A stretch of DNA of 64,000 bases from Eukaryota sp. GEM-RC1 (GCA_040285855.1 JAUFOQ010000001.1:1674001-1738000), one strand, 5' to 3'; numbered from the stretch's first letter, positions 47,101 to 61,149 are shown. The notes: generated from the letters alone by a model not told the origin. Translations and numbers: made by a program.

Positions 47101-49059
47101 TCGCCCAAGGACACCCGTCTATTTGACAATCTAGGCAACGAACTGCCTGGCCCCTGGAACCCTCCAACCAACATTAACATTAACCCTAGACCCAACATTC
47201 CGCTAGCCCCTCCAAACTTTGACCATGTAGGTATCCATGATAACGCTGGATACTACAGCCCCTGTACCGACTCCGCTCTCACCGACGAAGGCCCCTTCGA
47301 CATCATGATTGCTACCCTTGATGACTCCCGAGCTATTGAACCAGAAATTGACGAGGACAACCTGTTCGCCGAACGGTTAACTATTGACCCCTTGTCCCAC
47401 AACCCCCTTAGTAGCTCCGACAGTGATCTCCCCGAAGAGACCTCTTGGACACAGATCCCCGACCCCAGCCATGTGTTCAACGATTGGTTGAAACTACTAT
47501 CCCAAGAACAGGAACAGGCAACTAAAGACAATGACATCACCATGACCACCGACACAGAGCTTATCTCCGTGACCGCTAATGATAAAGATTATGTGCTCAC
47601 TTGGAACCATAGGAAGAAGAAGTTCGTAATCCCTGACTCCCTGAAACGACACTTGCTTCTAACTATACACGGATCCACCAGAGCAGGACACCCGTCCAAG
47701 AAAGACTCCGTCTCTGCTTTAATGAGAAGTGACTACTGGTGGCCTAACTACCTTTACGATATGAAGTCTCACGTAAAGAATTGTATTCCATGCCAAAAGA
47801 CCGCTCCTGCCCCGGAATTGAAGCTTCCCTCTTCTGGAAATCTTTGGTCAGACCGCCCTTTCCAATGCTTACATGCCGACGTGATTGGACCGCTTTCCCC
47901 AGATTCAGAAGATTACAAATACATCTTAGTATTCGTGTGCTCTTTTTCCAGGTTCTCTATTCTTGTACCCCTGAAAGTACTCAACGCCCAAGAAGTAGCG
48001 TACTCCATTCTATGGAATGTAGTTGGAAACTATGGGATCCCTTCACAAATCCTGAGTGACAATGGCCCTGAGTTCGCTAATGCCGTCAACAAAAGCTTAT
48101 GTTTATTTCTAAACATCGAGAAAAAATTTTCAACCCCCTACTTCCATCAATCAAATGGTCTAGTAGAAAGAAGACACCGCGAAGTACTGCAAACCCTCCG
48201 TCGACTACTAATTGATCTCCAAGCCCACTCAAACTGGAGTACATACATTCCCATCACCCAACTGATCCTGAACACCAGAACCAGTTCAATTACTAATTTC
48301 ACTCCCTTCGAGCTTATCGTTGGTTCGAAAACTGATCCTAGACAACTCCCTCTCCAAGTAATCCAGAACTGTACACTGGATGATCACTTACCGCAGAACT
48401 CATATGTTGACGCCTTGAAACAGAAAACTTCAACCATCTTAAACAAGTGGAAAGAGGCAGAAAACTCCTCCAATCTCAAGAAAAGATCGCTCTCATCCAG
48501 GAACTCCGCCACTAACAAAAAACTCATAGATGACATCAATCAAGGAGACTTCGTCTTGAAGCTCAGCGAACATCCCTCGAAGACCCATGGGAAGTGGACT
48601 GGTCCATACCTAGTCGAGGACGTCTCCTATCATCCCTCTAATTGCCTCGTCCGCAATCTTATCACAGGTATCTCAGTAAGATGCTCCCTCTACCATGTCA
48701 AGAAGTGCCACACGAACCACTCCGAAAACGTGCTTCAAGCCTATGCTGCTACTGATTCAGAAGAAGTTGTGATTGACAAGATCATTGATCACGACTTGAC
48801 CTCCCCGCAAGACCCTAAGTACCTAGTCCGCTGGCTGGATGGTACTACCACCTGGGAAGGCCGCTCAGTAGAGAACACCGCCGCCTACTATGCTTACCGC
48901 AGGAAGTACATTGATGAACCTCCTCAAGCTAGAGGTCTCGCAACTGCCCGTGCTAACTCTAAACTAGACGCTGCTTGGAAAGCTCAACACCACAAGTCCG
49001 CCCCTGTTGTAGCTCGCAATCAGCATCGTATGAAAACAAGAAATCGTACATCTCACTAG
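44053..49059 (+). CDS. pol: Pol (copy 1): protease, RT, RNase H, acidic insertion, integrase, chromodomain; homopolymer frameshifts in the PR-RT part
   Basis: IDTAA protease; LDLPKAFWQ, FGLKNVP and YIDD in RT; TDAS, ELYAI and CDH in RNase H; H-x6-H...CIPC, HAD/SDNG/VER and GPY in integrase; KYLVRWLDGTTTWE chromodomain; 1196-aa unbroken stretch 45469-49059. Confidence 0.93.
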
Positions 49060-49085
49060 TTTATTTTTAATATGAATTACCCAAT

Positions 49086-49100
49086 AAGAAGAAAAGGCAG
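49086..49100 (+). other. Polypurine tract (also 55129-55143 and 61176-61190)
   Basis: AAGAAGAAAAGGCAG immediately 5' of TGTTG. Confidence 0.85.
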
Positions 49101-49231
49101 TGTTGTAGTTGTAGATTTGTGTAATTTCATATTAGGTTTTTTATCTTCCCCCTTACATCTATAGAGGTTCTTCTCCTTATAAAGGTTCTCCTCTACATAG
49201 TATGTCCATTTATAGTGCACAAAGACCAACA
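49101..49231 (+). repeat. Shared LTR between units 1 and 2
   Basis: Identical to 43053-43183. Confidence 0.7.
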
Positions 49232-50197
49232 GTAATTACTGTGGGCAACCTCCAACAAGCCAGCTCATTTTCAGCTCCTCTCCTAAACGGAACATCCCGT
49301 CTGGAGTCATGTAAGTTCTTGGAGGACCTCCAAGCTTACGCCGCTGCTCTCCAGGCTTCCGAAGCATTGTCCCGCCCTGCTGCCGCCGAAGCCGAAGAAG
49401 ATTTCGAGTCCGCCACCGAATCCGAAGGCGACAACAATGAAGTTGTACCCGCCGGACGTCCCGCTCCTCCCTCCAGAATTGTTCGCTCTCCTATGCTACA
49501 GTTCTGTCCAGACCCATCCGAAGTCTCTGTCCCGCCAGAGATGAACTCTCTTATCCCTGTTATCCGACGCTTTATTAGCCCACGCCTTTTATCCGCTATT
49601 CCTCTCCTCTGTCCCGAAGCTGAGGAAGACAACGAACAGCTTCTCGCGTGGATCTACTCCAACTCGCTCATTCATGATGAAGCTCTCGCCGACCGTCTAC
49701 TTTTGAAGATCAGCATGAACCCCTCTATAAAAGAGTCCTCCATGCGCTTAGCAGACTACGTCCTAAGGTTTCAAGACCTTAAGAAACAAATCTCCCACCT
49801 GATTTTCAAAGAAGATCACTTCCTTTCCTCCTTTATCAAAGGCATCACTCCTTCCTCCGTCTCTTCTCGTGTCTTCTCTTCATTCAAAAACGGGAGAGTT
49901 ACTTCTCTCGACGAAATCTTATCTCTCACCCGTCAACTCTTTGCAGCAATGCAACTCTCCTATTCTCTTGAAGAACCCCGTTCCCAACCACCAGCTCCCA
50001 GTCGAACAACTAACCGACAACCCAGAACTCAACCTCGCTCTTCTAGACCCTCTCATTCCTCTTCTCACCTCACTTGCGCTTATTGCAAGGAGCCGGGACA
50101 TGTCAACCGACTGTCCAGATCCCAGCTGCCGAGCAAGTCGATTTCACCGTCCCCTATCCACTCCTCAATACCCTGCCCAACAAAATCGAAGCCCTAG
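49202..50197 (+). CDS. gag: Gag (copy 2)
   Basis: Identical 331-aa ORF. Confidence 0.85.
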   Translation: MSIYSAQRPTVITVGNLQQASSFSAPLLNGTSRLESCKFLEDLQAYAAALQASEALSRPAAAEAEEDFESATESEGDNNEVVPAGRPAPPSRIVRSPMLQFCPDPSEVSVPPEMNSLIPVIRRFISPRLLSAIPLLCPEAEEDNEQLLAWIYSNSLIHDEALADRLLLKISMNPSIKESSMRLADYVLRFQDLKKQISHLIFKEDHFLSSFIKGITPSSVSSRVFSSFKNGRVTSLDEILSLTRQLFAAMQLSYSLEEPRSQPPAPSRTTNRQPRTQPRSSRPSHSSSHLTCAYCKEPGHVNRLSRSQLPSKSISPSPIHSSIPCPTKSKP

Positions 50198-53100
50198 ACC
50201 CCCTGCTCGAGGAAATCCCCCACGAAGCGTTCCAAGAGACCAGCCACGAAGCCAGCCTGTCCATCGCAGAAATCAAAGAGAACCCACCATTAACCGCCGA
50301 CCTAATACCCGTTCTTCTAACCAACGCCAGGTCAACGCCGTGGACACCACCTTACCTGCTCCAGAATTTGTGGATCACATCCCCCTTTGTCTACCTGTAG
50401 ACCTTGGGATTGATGATTCACAGAGCAATTCTGTCAATGCTATTTTAACTCACTTAACTTCAGACCCTTGTAAACTTTCCCACAAGAATGACTTTTTAAA
50501 AATTAATCTTACAATCAATGGAGTACCTACTATGGGTACCATTGATACTGCTGCTAAGACTTCCTGCATTACCCAGGATATTGCCTCCAATGCCAACATG
50601 GAAATTTCTGAGAAACAAATTCCAATCTTCCTAGCCAATCAATCTAGAATTTACTCCCCCGGCCTTGCTTGTGGCTACCTTACCTTTCTCTTCGAAGGCC
50701 CAGCCAAGAAAGTTCACTTGAAGTCCACCCTGCCGATCTTACCCGGCAAAGACCAATTACTTATCGGGTGTGACATCCTGACCAAACTAGGTCTTATGGA
50801 TGCCAACGGTGTCTACATTAAACTTGACGAAGAACATCGAAGATTTATCTCCGCTGAATCTGCCTTTGACCAATTTATGACTGCTCCCCCTGAAGTGTTT
50901 GCTACTAACCCTAGTTCTCCTATTAACTCATTTAAGCAACATCTTGAACAGAAGAAAACCAGAATAGAACTTCCTCCCGTCGAGAAAGAAGCTTTAATTG
51001 ACCTCCTTGCTGAATTCAGTGATGTGTTCAGTGATTTGCCTCATCCAGATGGCATCGACTGTGAACCGATGAGAATCCCTTTTGCAGACGAATCAAAAAT
51101 TGTAAGCCCCCCCAGGAACCTTAGCCCCGAAAAATTAGAAATTGCGAACAAAGAATTCGACGACCTTCTCAAAAGAATTTTGCTGTACCTAACGAGACCA
51201 AATGGTCCTCACCCATCTGTTTAGTGACCTACGCTGACAAAGCTCCTAGATTAACCGGTGATTTTAGTGGCAAGAATGGGATCAACGACCTCTCACTTAC
51301 TCTGGAAGCCGATTTGCCTAAAATCGCTGACATCCTGCCCGTCCTGTCTAAGGCAAAATATATTGCTACTCTCGACTTACCTAAAGCCTTCTGGCAAGTC
51401 AAACTTCACCCAGATGACGTGAAAAAGCTTCACTTTCCATACCTGGACGTTCAATTTCTTTTACTCGAGCTGCTTTTGGACTGAAAAATGTCCCAGCTTT
51501 CTTTCAAAATTTAATGGTCTCATTTTTCGCCGATGAAGACATTTTTATTTACATCGATGACATAATCGTATGTTCGGAAGACTTTTCAGATCTACTCGCT
51601 AAACTCAGGAAAATTCTATCGAAAGCTCGTGACAAACGAGTTAGATTTGGCCTTCGCAAATGCGATTTTATTACTTTCAAGAGTAAAATCGAGATCTTAG
51701 GATGCATCTTCCAAAATTTTCAACGCTCGATCAGTCCAGATCGAATTAAAGCTATCTGTTCACTCCTGCGACCAAAGACTTTATCAGAGGTTCGAAGTTT
51801 CGTTGGATCGATTAACTTCATTAGAGACTGGATCCCCAACCTGGCCTCTGTACTAGAACCAATTTCAAATCTGCTAAGGAAAACAAACAAGATCATCTGG
51901 ACCGCTGAAACCGAAACGTGTTTCAAAGAAATTTTAAAACTAATTTCCAGTAACATACCCTTGAACCTGCCTGACGCCAAAGCTACTATTTTGATTTCCA
52001 CTGACGCCTCCGAAGTAGGCCTTTCCGGGATTATTTGGGAACAAATCGAAGACTGTGCTGATGGAACCCCTCTTATTGAAAGGAAAACCAGACCTCTCTG
52101 TTTTTACAGCAAGAAGTTTACGGACAGCCAGAAGAACTGGCCCACCATCCAGAAAGAATTATACGCCATCCTGGCCACCCTAACTCTGTCCCCATTATCT
52201 TCCTTCCTCTTAACCAAAAGATTTACGTTATTTTGTGACCACAAAAACTTATCTTATTTAATTTCAGCTCCCGAAAAGAACAGGATCGTCACCCGATGGA
52301 TCCCCATCCTTGCTAACTTTGAATTCGAACTTGTCCATACCGCTGGTGAAGACAACCACTTCGCTGACTTGCTTTCCCGATGCTTCCCCGAACCTTCTTC
52401 TGTTAACCCTAGCATTCTGATGTGCTCGTCTACGGTGCCGGATGCAGTCGAGGGGAGACACTTGATGGCAGAGGATAGTAGGTTATCCTCTCCACAGACT
52501 TCTCATCAACCCTCGGGACCTGTTTCAAACAGGGCTTCTGGAGCAACGTTTCAAACGTCGACGCAGATGATGCGACAATTTGACAAAGATTGTGAAGGAC
52601 TCAGCCGAGAGGAACAAGTTCAGCTTTTCTGGGATAGAAAAGACGCCTTTATGGAAGCTCACGAACAAGAACAGGAGTACATAAACGCCCTAGAAGCCGA
52701 AATCAAAGAATCCACCGACGAACAACTCCGCTTGCAACTGGAAAGAGATGCCGCTGTTGCTCTAATTAATGACGATATAGAAGACCGGGAATTCCATGAT
52801 CATCTGAGAGGAAATGGCCTCTTCATTGACGAGGATGGACACATGTGTCAATTGCCATCCATTGACTCAGATGATGAATTCCGCATCTATATGACCGATA
52901 TACCGGATCATATAGATCTCAGCAGCTCTGATGAGTCTCCCATTCTAATCGTAGATGATGAGCATTCCCCAATGCTCGAAGACCTGCCATCGATCGAAGC
53001 GATCGGTGCTAGCTATCGCCTCTTTCCCCACCTGATCAGAGACACCTCTGAATTCCTTAGGATCTCGAATTCCGCCGCAACCTCGGCCGTGATCTCAGTC

Positions 53101-55102
53101 TCGTCGGAAGACGAAGACGACCTATACGAACAGTTCCTTGGCGAATCGCCCAAGGACACCCGTCTATTTGACAATCTAGGCAACGAACTGCCTGGCCCCT
53201 GGAACCCTCCAACCAACATTAACATTAACCCTAGACCCAACATTCCGCTAGCCCCTCCAAACTTTGACCATGTAGGTATCCATGATAACGCTGGATACTA
53301 CAGCCCCTGTACCGACTCCGCTCTCACCGACGAAGGCCCTTCGACATCATGATTGCTACCCTTGATGACTCCCGAGCTATTGAACCAGAAATTGACGAGG
53401 ACAACCTGTTCGCCGAACGGTTAACTATTGACCCCTTGTCCCACAACCCCCTTAGTAGCTCCGACAGTGATCTCCCCGAAGAGACCTCTTGGACACAGAT
53501 CCCCGACCCCAGCCATGTGTTCAACGATTGGTTGAAACTACTATCCCAAGAACAGGAACAGGCAACTAAAGACAATGACATCACCATGACCACCGACACA
53601 GAGCTTATCTCCGTGACCGCTAATGATAAAGATTATGTGCTCACTTGGAACCATAGGAAGAAGAAGTTCGTAATCCCTGACTCCCTGAAACGACACTTGC
53701 TTCTAACTATACACGGATCCACCAGAGCAGGACACCCGTCCAAGAAAGACTCCGTCTCTGCTTTAATGAGAAGTGACTACTGGTGGCCTAACTACCTTTA
53801 CGATATGAAGTCTCACGTAAAGAATTGTATTCCATGCCAAAAGACCGCTCCTGCCCCGGAATTGAAGCTTCCCTCTTCTGGAAATCTTTGGTCAGACCGC
53901 CCTTTCCAATGCTTACATGCCGACGTGATTGGACCGCTTTCCCCAGATTCAGAAGATTACAAATACATCTTAGTATTCGTGTGCTCTTTTTCCAGGTTCT
54001 CTATTCTTGTACCCCTGAAAGTACTCAACGCCCAAGAAGTAGCGTACTCCATTCTATGGAATGTAGTTGGAAACTATGGGATCCCTTCACAAATCCTGAG
54101 TGACAATGGCCCTGAGTTCGCTAATGCCGTCAACAAAAGCTTATGTTTATTTCTAAACATCGAGAAAAAATTTTCAACCCCTACTTCCATCAATCAAATG
54201 GTCTAGTAGAAAGAAGACACCGCGAAGTACTGCAAACCCTCCGTCGACTACTAATTGATCTCCAAGCCCACTCAAACTGGAGTACATACATTCCCATCAC
54301 CCAACTGATCCTGAACACCAGAACCAGTTCAATTACTAATTTCACTCCCTTCGAGCTTATCTTTGGTTCGAAAACTGATCCTAGACAACTCCCTCTCCAA
54401 GTAATCCAGAACTGTACACTGGATGATCACTTACCGCAGAACTCATATGTTGACGCCTTGAAACAGAAAACTTCAACCATCTTAAACAAGTGGAAAGAGG
54501 CAGAAAACTCCTCCAATCTCAAGAAAAGATCGCTCTCATCCAGGAACTCCGCCACTAACAAAAAACTCATAGATGACATCAATCAAGGAGACTTCGTCTT
54601 GAAGCTCAGCGATCATCCCTCGAAGACCCATGGGAAGTGGACTGGTCCATACCTAGTCGAGGACGTCTCCTATCATCCCTCTAATTGCCTCGTCCGCAAT
54701 CTTATCACAGGTATCTCAGTAAGATGCTCCCTCTACCATGTCAAGAAGTGCCACACGAACCACTCCGAAAACGTGCTTCAAGCCTATGCTGCTACTGATT
54801 CAGAAGAAGTTGTGATTGACAAGATCATTGATCACGACTTGACCTCCCCGCAAGACCCTAAGTACCTAGTCCGCTGGCTGGATGGTACTACCACCTGGGA
54901 AGGCCGCTCAGTAGAGAACACCGCCGCCTACTATGCTTACCGCAGGAAGTACATTGATGAACCTCCTCAAGCTAGAGGTCTCGCAACTGCCCGTGCTAAC
55001 TCTAAACTAGACGCTGCTTGGAAAGCTCAACACCACAAGTCCGCCCCTGTTGTAGCTCGCAATCAGCATCGTATGAAAACAAGAAATCGTACATCTCACT
55101 AG
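50100..55102 (+). CDS. pol: Pol (copy 2), broken by homopolymer indels
   Basis: Same domains as copy 1 across ORFs starting 49869, 51224, 51514, 53349 and 54143. Confidence 0.9.
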
Positions 55103-55143
55103 TTTATTTTTAATATGAATTACCCAATAAGAAGAAAAGGCAG

Positions 55144-55274
55144 TGTTGTAGTTGTAGATTTGTGTAATTTCATATTAGGTTTTTTATCTTCCCCCTTACA
55201 TCTATAGAGGTTCTTCTCCTTATAAAGGTTCTCCTCTACATAGTATGTCCATTTATAGTGCACAAAGACCAACA
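55144..55274 (+). repeat. Shared LTR between units 2 and 3
   Basis: Identical to LTR copy 1. Confidence 0.7.
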
Positions 55275-56240
55275 GTAATTACTGTGGGCAACCTCCAACA
55301 AGCCAGCTCATTTTCAGCTCCTCTCCTAAACGGAACATCCCGTCTGGAGTCATGTAAGTTCTTGGAGGACCTCCAAGCTTACGCCGCTGCTCTCCAGGCT
55401 TCCGAAGCATTGTCCCGCCCTGCTGCCGCCGAAGCCGAAGAAGATTTCGAGTCCGCCACCGAATCCGAAGGCGACAACAATGAAGTTGTACCCGCCGGAC
55501 GTCCCGCTCCTCCCTCCAGAATTGTTCGCTCTCCTATGCTACAGTTCTGTCCAGACCCATCCGAAGTCTCTGTCCCGCCAGAGATGAACTCTCTTATCCC
55601 TGTTATCCGACGCTTTATTAGCCCACGCCTTTTATCCGCTATTCCTCTCCTCTGTCCCGAAGCTGAGGAAGACAACGAACAGCTTCTCGCGTGGATCTAC
55701 TCCAACTCGCTCATTCATGATGAAGCTCTCGCCGACCGTCTACTTTTGAAGATCAGCATGAACCCCTCTATAAAAGAGTCCTCCATGCGCTTAGCAGACT
55801 ACGTCCTAAGGTTTCAAGACCTTAAGAAACAAATCTCCCACCTGATTTTCAAAGAAGATCACTTCCTTTCCTCCTTTATCAAAGGCATCACTCCTTCCTC
55901 CGTCTCTTCTCGTGTCTTCTCTTCATTCAAAAACGGGAGAGTTACTTCTCTCGACGAAATCTTATCTCTCACCCGTCAACTCTTTGCAGCAATGCAACTC
56001 TCCTATTCTCTTGAAGAACCCCGTTCCCAACCACCAGCTCCCAGTCGAACAACTAACCGACAACCCAGAACTCAACCTCGCTCTTCTAGACCCTCTCATT
56101 CCTCTTCTCACCTCACTTGCGCTTATTGCAAGGAGCCGGGACATGTCAACCGACTGTCCAGATCCCAGCTGCCGAGCAAGTCGATTTCACCGTCCCCTAT
56201 CCACTCCTCAATACCCTGCCCAACAAAATCGAAGCCCTAG
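55245..56240 (+). CDS. gag: Gag (copy 3)
   Basis: Identical 331-aa ORF. Confidence 0.85.
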   Translation: MSIYSAQRPTVITVGNLQQASSFSAPLLNGTSRLESCKFLEDLQAYAAALQASEALSRPAAAEAEEDFESATESEGDNNEVVPAGRPAPPSRIVRSPMLQFCPDPSEVSVPPEMNSLIPVIRRFISPRLLSAIPLLCPEAEEDNEQLLAWIYSNSLIHDEALADRLLLKISMNPSIKESSMRLADYVLRFQDLKKQISHLIFKEDHFLSSFIKGITPSSVSSRVFSSFKNGRVTSLDEILSLTRQLFAAMQLSYSLEEPRSQPPAPSRTTNRQPRTQPRSSRPSHSSSHLTCAYCKEPGHVNRLSRSQLPSKSISPSPIHSSIPCPTKSKP

Positions 56241-59200
56241 ACCCCCTGCTCGAGGAAATCCCCCACGAAGCGTTCCAAGAGACCAGCCACGAAGCCAGCC
56301 TGTCCATCGCAGAAATCAAAGAGAACCCACCATTAACCGCCGACCTAATACCCGTTCTTCTAACCAACGCCAGGTCAACGCCGTGGACACCACCTTACCT
56401 GCTCCAGAATTTGTGGATCACATCCCCCTTTGTCTACCTGTAGACCTTGGGATTGATGATTCACAGAGCAATTCTGTCAATGCTATTTCAACTCACTTAA
56501 CTTCAGACCCTTGTAAACTTTCCCACAAGAATGACTTTTTAAAAATTAATCTTACAATCAATGGAGTACCTACTATGGGTACCATTGATACTGCTGCTAA
56601 GACTTCCTGCATTACCCAGGATATTGCCTCCAATGCCAACATGGAAATTTCTGAGAAACAAATTCCAATCTTCCTAGCCAATCAATCTAGAATTTACTCC
56701 CCCGGCCTTGCTTGTGGCTACCTTACCTTTCTCTTCGAAGGCCCAGCCAAGAAAGTTCACTTGAAGTCCACCCTGCCGATCTTACCCGGCAAAGACCAAT
56801 TACTTATCGGGTGTGACATCCTGACCAAACTAGGTCTTATGGATGCCAACGGTGTCTACATTAAACTTGACGAAGAACATCGAAGATTTATCTCCGCTGA
56901 ATCTGCCTTTGACCAATTTATGACTGCTCCCCCTGAAGTGTTTGCTACTAACCCTAGTTCTCCTATTAACTCATTTAAGCAACATCTTGAACAGAAGAAA
57001 ACCAGAATAGAACTTCCTCCCGTCGAGAAAGAAGCTTTAATTGACCTCCTTGCTGAATTCAGTGATGTGTTCAGTGATTTGCCTCATCCAGATGGCATCG
57101 ACTGTGAACCGATGAGAATCCCTTTTGCAGACGAATCAAAAATTGTAAGCCCCCCCCCAGGAACCTTAGCCCCGAAAAATTAGAAATTGCGAACAAAGAA
57201 TTCGACGACCTTCTCAAAAAGAATTTTGCTGTACCTAACGAGACCAAATGGTCCTCACCCATCTGTTTAGTGACCTACGCTGACAAAGCTCCTAGATTAA
57301 CCGGTGATTTTAGTGGCAAGAATGGGATCAACGACCTCTCACTTACTCTGGAAGCCGATTTGCCTAAAATCGCTGACATCCTGCCCGTCCTGTCTAAGGC
57401 AAAATATATTGCTACTCTCGACTTACCTAAAGCCTTCTGGCAAGTCAAACTTCACCCAGATGACGTGAAAAAAGCTTCACTTTCCATACCTGGACGTTCA
57501 ATTTCTTTTACTCGAGCTGCTTTTGGACTGAAAAATGTCCCAGCTTTCTTTCAAAATTTAATGGTCTCATTTTTCGCCGATGAAGACATTTTTATTTACA
57601 TCGATGACATAATCGTATGTTCGGAAGACTTTTCAGATCTACTCGCTAAACTCAGGAAAATTCTATCGAAAGCTCGTGACAAACGAGTTAGATTTGGCCT
57701 TCGCAAATGCGATTTTATTACTTTCAAGAGTAAAATCGAGATCTTAGGATGCATCTTCCAAAATTTTCAACGCTCGATCAGTCCAGATCGAATTAAAGCT
57801 ATCTGTTCACTCCTGCGACCAAAGACTTTATCAGAGGTTCGAAGTTTCGTTGGATCGATTAACTTCATTAGAGACTGGATCCCCAACCTGGCCTCTGTAC
57901 TAGAACCAATTTCAAATCTGCTAAGGAAAACAAACAAGATCATCTGGACCGCTGAAACCGAAACGTGTTTCAAAGAAATTTTAAAACTAATTTCCAGTAA
58001 CATACCCTTGAACCTGCCTGACGCCAAAGCTACTATTTTGATTTCCACTGACGCCTCCGAAGTAGGCCTTTCCGGGATTATTTGGGAACAAATCGAAGAC
58101 TGTGCTGATGGAACCCCTCTTATTGAAAGGAAAACCAGACCTCTCTGTTTTTACAGCAAGAAGTTTACGGACAGCCAGAAGAACTGGCCCACCATCCAGA
58201 AAGAATTATACGCCATCCTGGCCACCCTAACTCTGTCCCCATTATCTTCCTTCCTCTTAACCAAAAGATTTACGTTATTTTGTGACCACAAAACTTATCT
58301 TATTTAATTTCAGCTCCCGAAAAGAACAGGATCGTCACCCGATGGATCCCCATCCTTGCTAACTTTGAATTCGAACTTGTCCATACCGCTGGTGAAGACA
58401 ACCACTTCGCTGACTTGCTTTCCCGATGCTTCCCCGAACCTTCTTCTGTTAACCCTAGCATTCTGATGTGCTCGTCTACGGTGCCGGATGCAGTCGAGGG
58501 GAGACACTTGATGGCAGAGGATAGTAGGTTATCCTCTCCACAGACTTCTCATCAACCCTCGGGACCTGTTTCAAACAGGGCTTCTGGAGCAACGTTTCAA
58601 ACGTCGACGCAGATGATGCGACAATTTGACAAAGATTGTGAAGGACTCAGCCGAGAGGAACAAGTTCAGCTTTTCTGGGATAGAAAAGACGCCTTTATGG
58701 AAGCTCACGAACAAGAACAGGGAGTACATAAACGCCCTAGAAGCCGAAATCAAAGAATCCACCGACGAACAACTCCGCTTGCAACTGGAAAGAGATGCCG
58801 CTGTTGCTCTAATTGAAGACGATATAGAAGACCAGGAATTCCATGATCATCTGAGAGGAAATGGCCTCTTCATTGACGAGGATGGACACATGTGTCAATT
58901 GCCATCCATTGACTCAGATGATGAATTCCGCATCTATATGACCGATATACCGGATCATATAGATCTCAGCAGCTCTGATGAGTCTCCCATTCTAATCGTA
59001 GATGATGAGCATTCCCCAATGCTCGAAGACCTGCCATCGATCGAAGCGATCGGTGCTAGCTATCGCCTCTTTCCCCACCTGATCAGAGACACCTCTGAAT
59101 TCCTTAGGATCTCGAATTCCGCCGCAACCTCGGCCGTGATCTCAGTCTCGTCGGAAGACGAAGACGACCTATACGAACAGTTCCTTGGCGAATCGCCCAA

Positions 59201-61149
59201 GGACACCCGTCTATTTGACAATCTAGGCAACGAACTGCCTGGCCCCTGGAACCCTCCAACCAACATTAACATTAACCCTAGACCCAACATTCCGCTAGCC
59301 CCTCCAAACTTTGACCATGTAGGTATCCATGATAACGCTGGATACTACAGCCCCTGTACCGACTCCGCTCTCACCGACGAAGGCCCCTTCGACATCATGA
59401 TTGCTACCCTTGATGACTCCCGAGCTATTGAACCAGAAATTGACGAGGACAACCTGTTCGCCGAACGGTTAACTATTGACCCCTTGTCCCACAACCCCTT
59501 AGTAGCTCCGACAGTGATCTCCCCGAAGAGACCTCTTGGACACAGATCCCCGACCCCAGCCATGTGTTCAACGATTGGTTGAAACTACTATCCCAAGAAC
59601 AGGAACAGGCAACTAAAGACAATGACATCACCATGACCACCGACACAGAGCTTATCTCCGTGACCGCTAATGATAAAGATTATGTGCTCACTTGGAACCA
59701 TAGGAAGAAGAAGTTCGTAATCCCTGACTCCCTGAAACGACACTTGCTTCTAACTATACACGGATCCACCAGAGCAGGACACCCGTCCAAGAAAGACTCC
59801 GTCTCTGCTTTAATGAGAAGTGACTACTGGTGGCCTAACTACCTTTACGATATGAAGTCTCACGTAAAGAATTGTATTCCATGCCAAAAGACCGCTCCTG
59901 CCCCGGAATTGAAGCTTCCCTCTTCTGGAAATCTTTGGTCAGACCGCCCTTTCCAATGCTTACATGCCGACGTGATTGGACCGCTTTCCCCAGATTCAGA
60001 AGATTACAAATACATCTTAGTATTCGTGTGCTCTTTTTCCAGGTTCTCTATTCTTGTACCCCTGAAAGTACTCAACGCCCAAGAAGTAGCGTACTCCATT
60101 CTATGGAATGTAGTTGGAAACTATGGGATCCCTTCACAAATCCTGAGTGACAATGGCCCTGAGTTCGCTAATGCCGTCAACAAAAGCTTATGTTTATTTC
60201 TAAACATCGAGAAAAATTTTCAACCCCCTACTTCCATCAATCAAATGGTCTAGTAGAAAGAAGACACCGCGAAGTACTGCAAACCCTCCGTCGACTACTA
60301 ATTGATCTCCAAGCCCACTCAAACTGGAGTACATACATTCCCATCACCCAACTGATCCTGAACACCAGAACCAGTTCAATTACTAATTTCACTCCCTTCG
60401 AGCTTATCTTTGGTTCGAAAACTGATCCTAGACAACTCCCTCTCCAAGTAATCCAGAACTGTACACTGGATGATCACTTACCGCAGAACTCATATGTTGA
60501 CGCCTTGAAACAGAAAACTTCAACCATCTTAAACAAGTGGAAAGAGGCAGAAAACTCCTCCAATCTCAAGAAAAGATCGCTCTCATCCAGGAACTCCGCC
60601 ACTAACAAAAAACTCATAGATGACATCAATCAAGGAGACTTCGTCTTGAAGCTCAGCGATCATCCCTCGAAGACCCATGGGAAGTGGACTGGTCCATACC
60701 TAGTCGAGGACGTCTCCTATCATCCCTCTAATTGCCTCGTCCGCAATCTTATCACAGGTATCTCAGTAAGATGCTCCCTCTACCATGTCAAGAAGTGCCA
60801 CACGAACCACTCCGAAAACGTGCTTCAAGCCTATGCTGCTACTGATTCAGAAGAAGTTGTGATTGACAAGATCATTGATCACGACTTGACCTCCCCGCAA
60901 GACCCTAAGTACCTAGTCCGCTGGCTGGATGGTACTACCACCTGGGAAGGCCGCTCAGTAGAGAACACCGCCGCCTACTATGCTTACCGCAGGAAGTACA
61001 TTGATGAACCTCCTCAAGCTAGAGGTCTCGCAACTGCCCGTGCTAACTCTAAACTAGACGCTGCTTGGAAAGCTCAACACCACAAGTCCGCCCCTGTTGT
61101 AGCTCGCAATCAGCATCGTATGAAAACAAGAAATCGTACATCTCACTAG
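56143..61149 (+). CDS. pol: Pol (copy 3), broken by homopolymer indels
   Basis: RT core intact in 57270-58307; remaining domains in downstream ORFs. Confidence 0.9.

Noticed and set aside
43288..47555. Antisense and alternative-frame ORFs repeated in every unit (e.g. 43288-43584, 45675-45956, 47253-47555)
   Set aside because: They are short shadows of the coding strand with no motifs, and they recur only because the units are near-identical.
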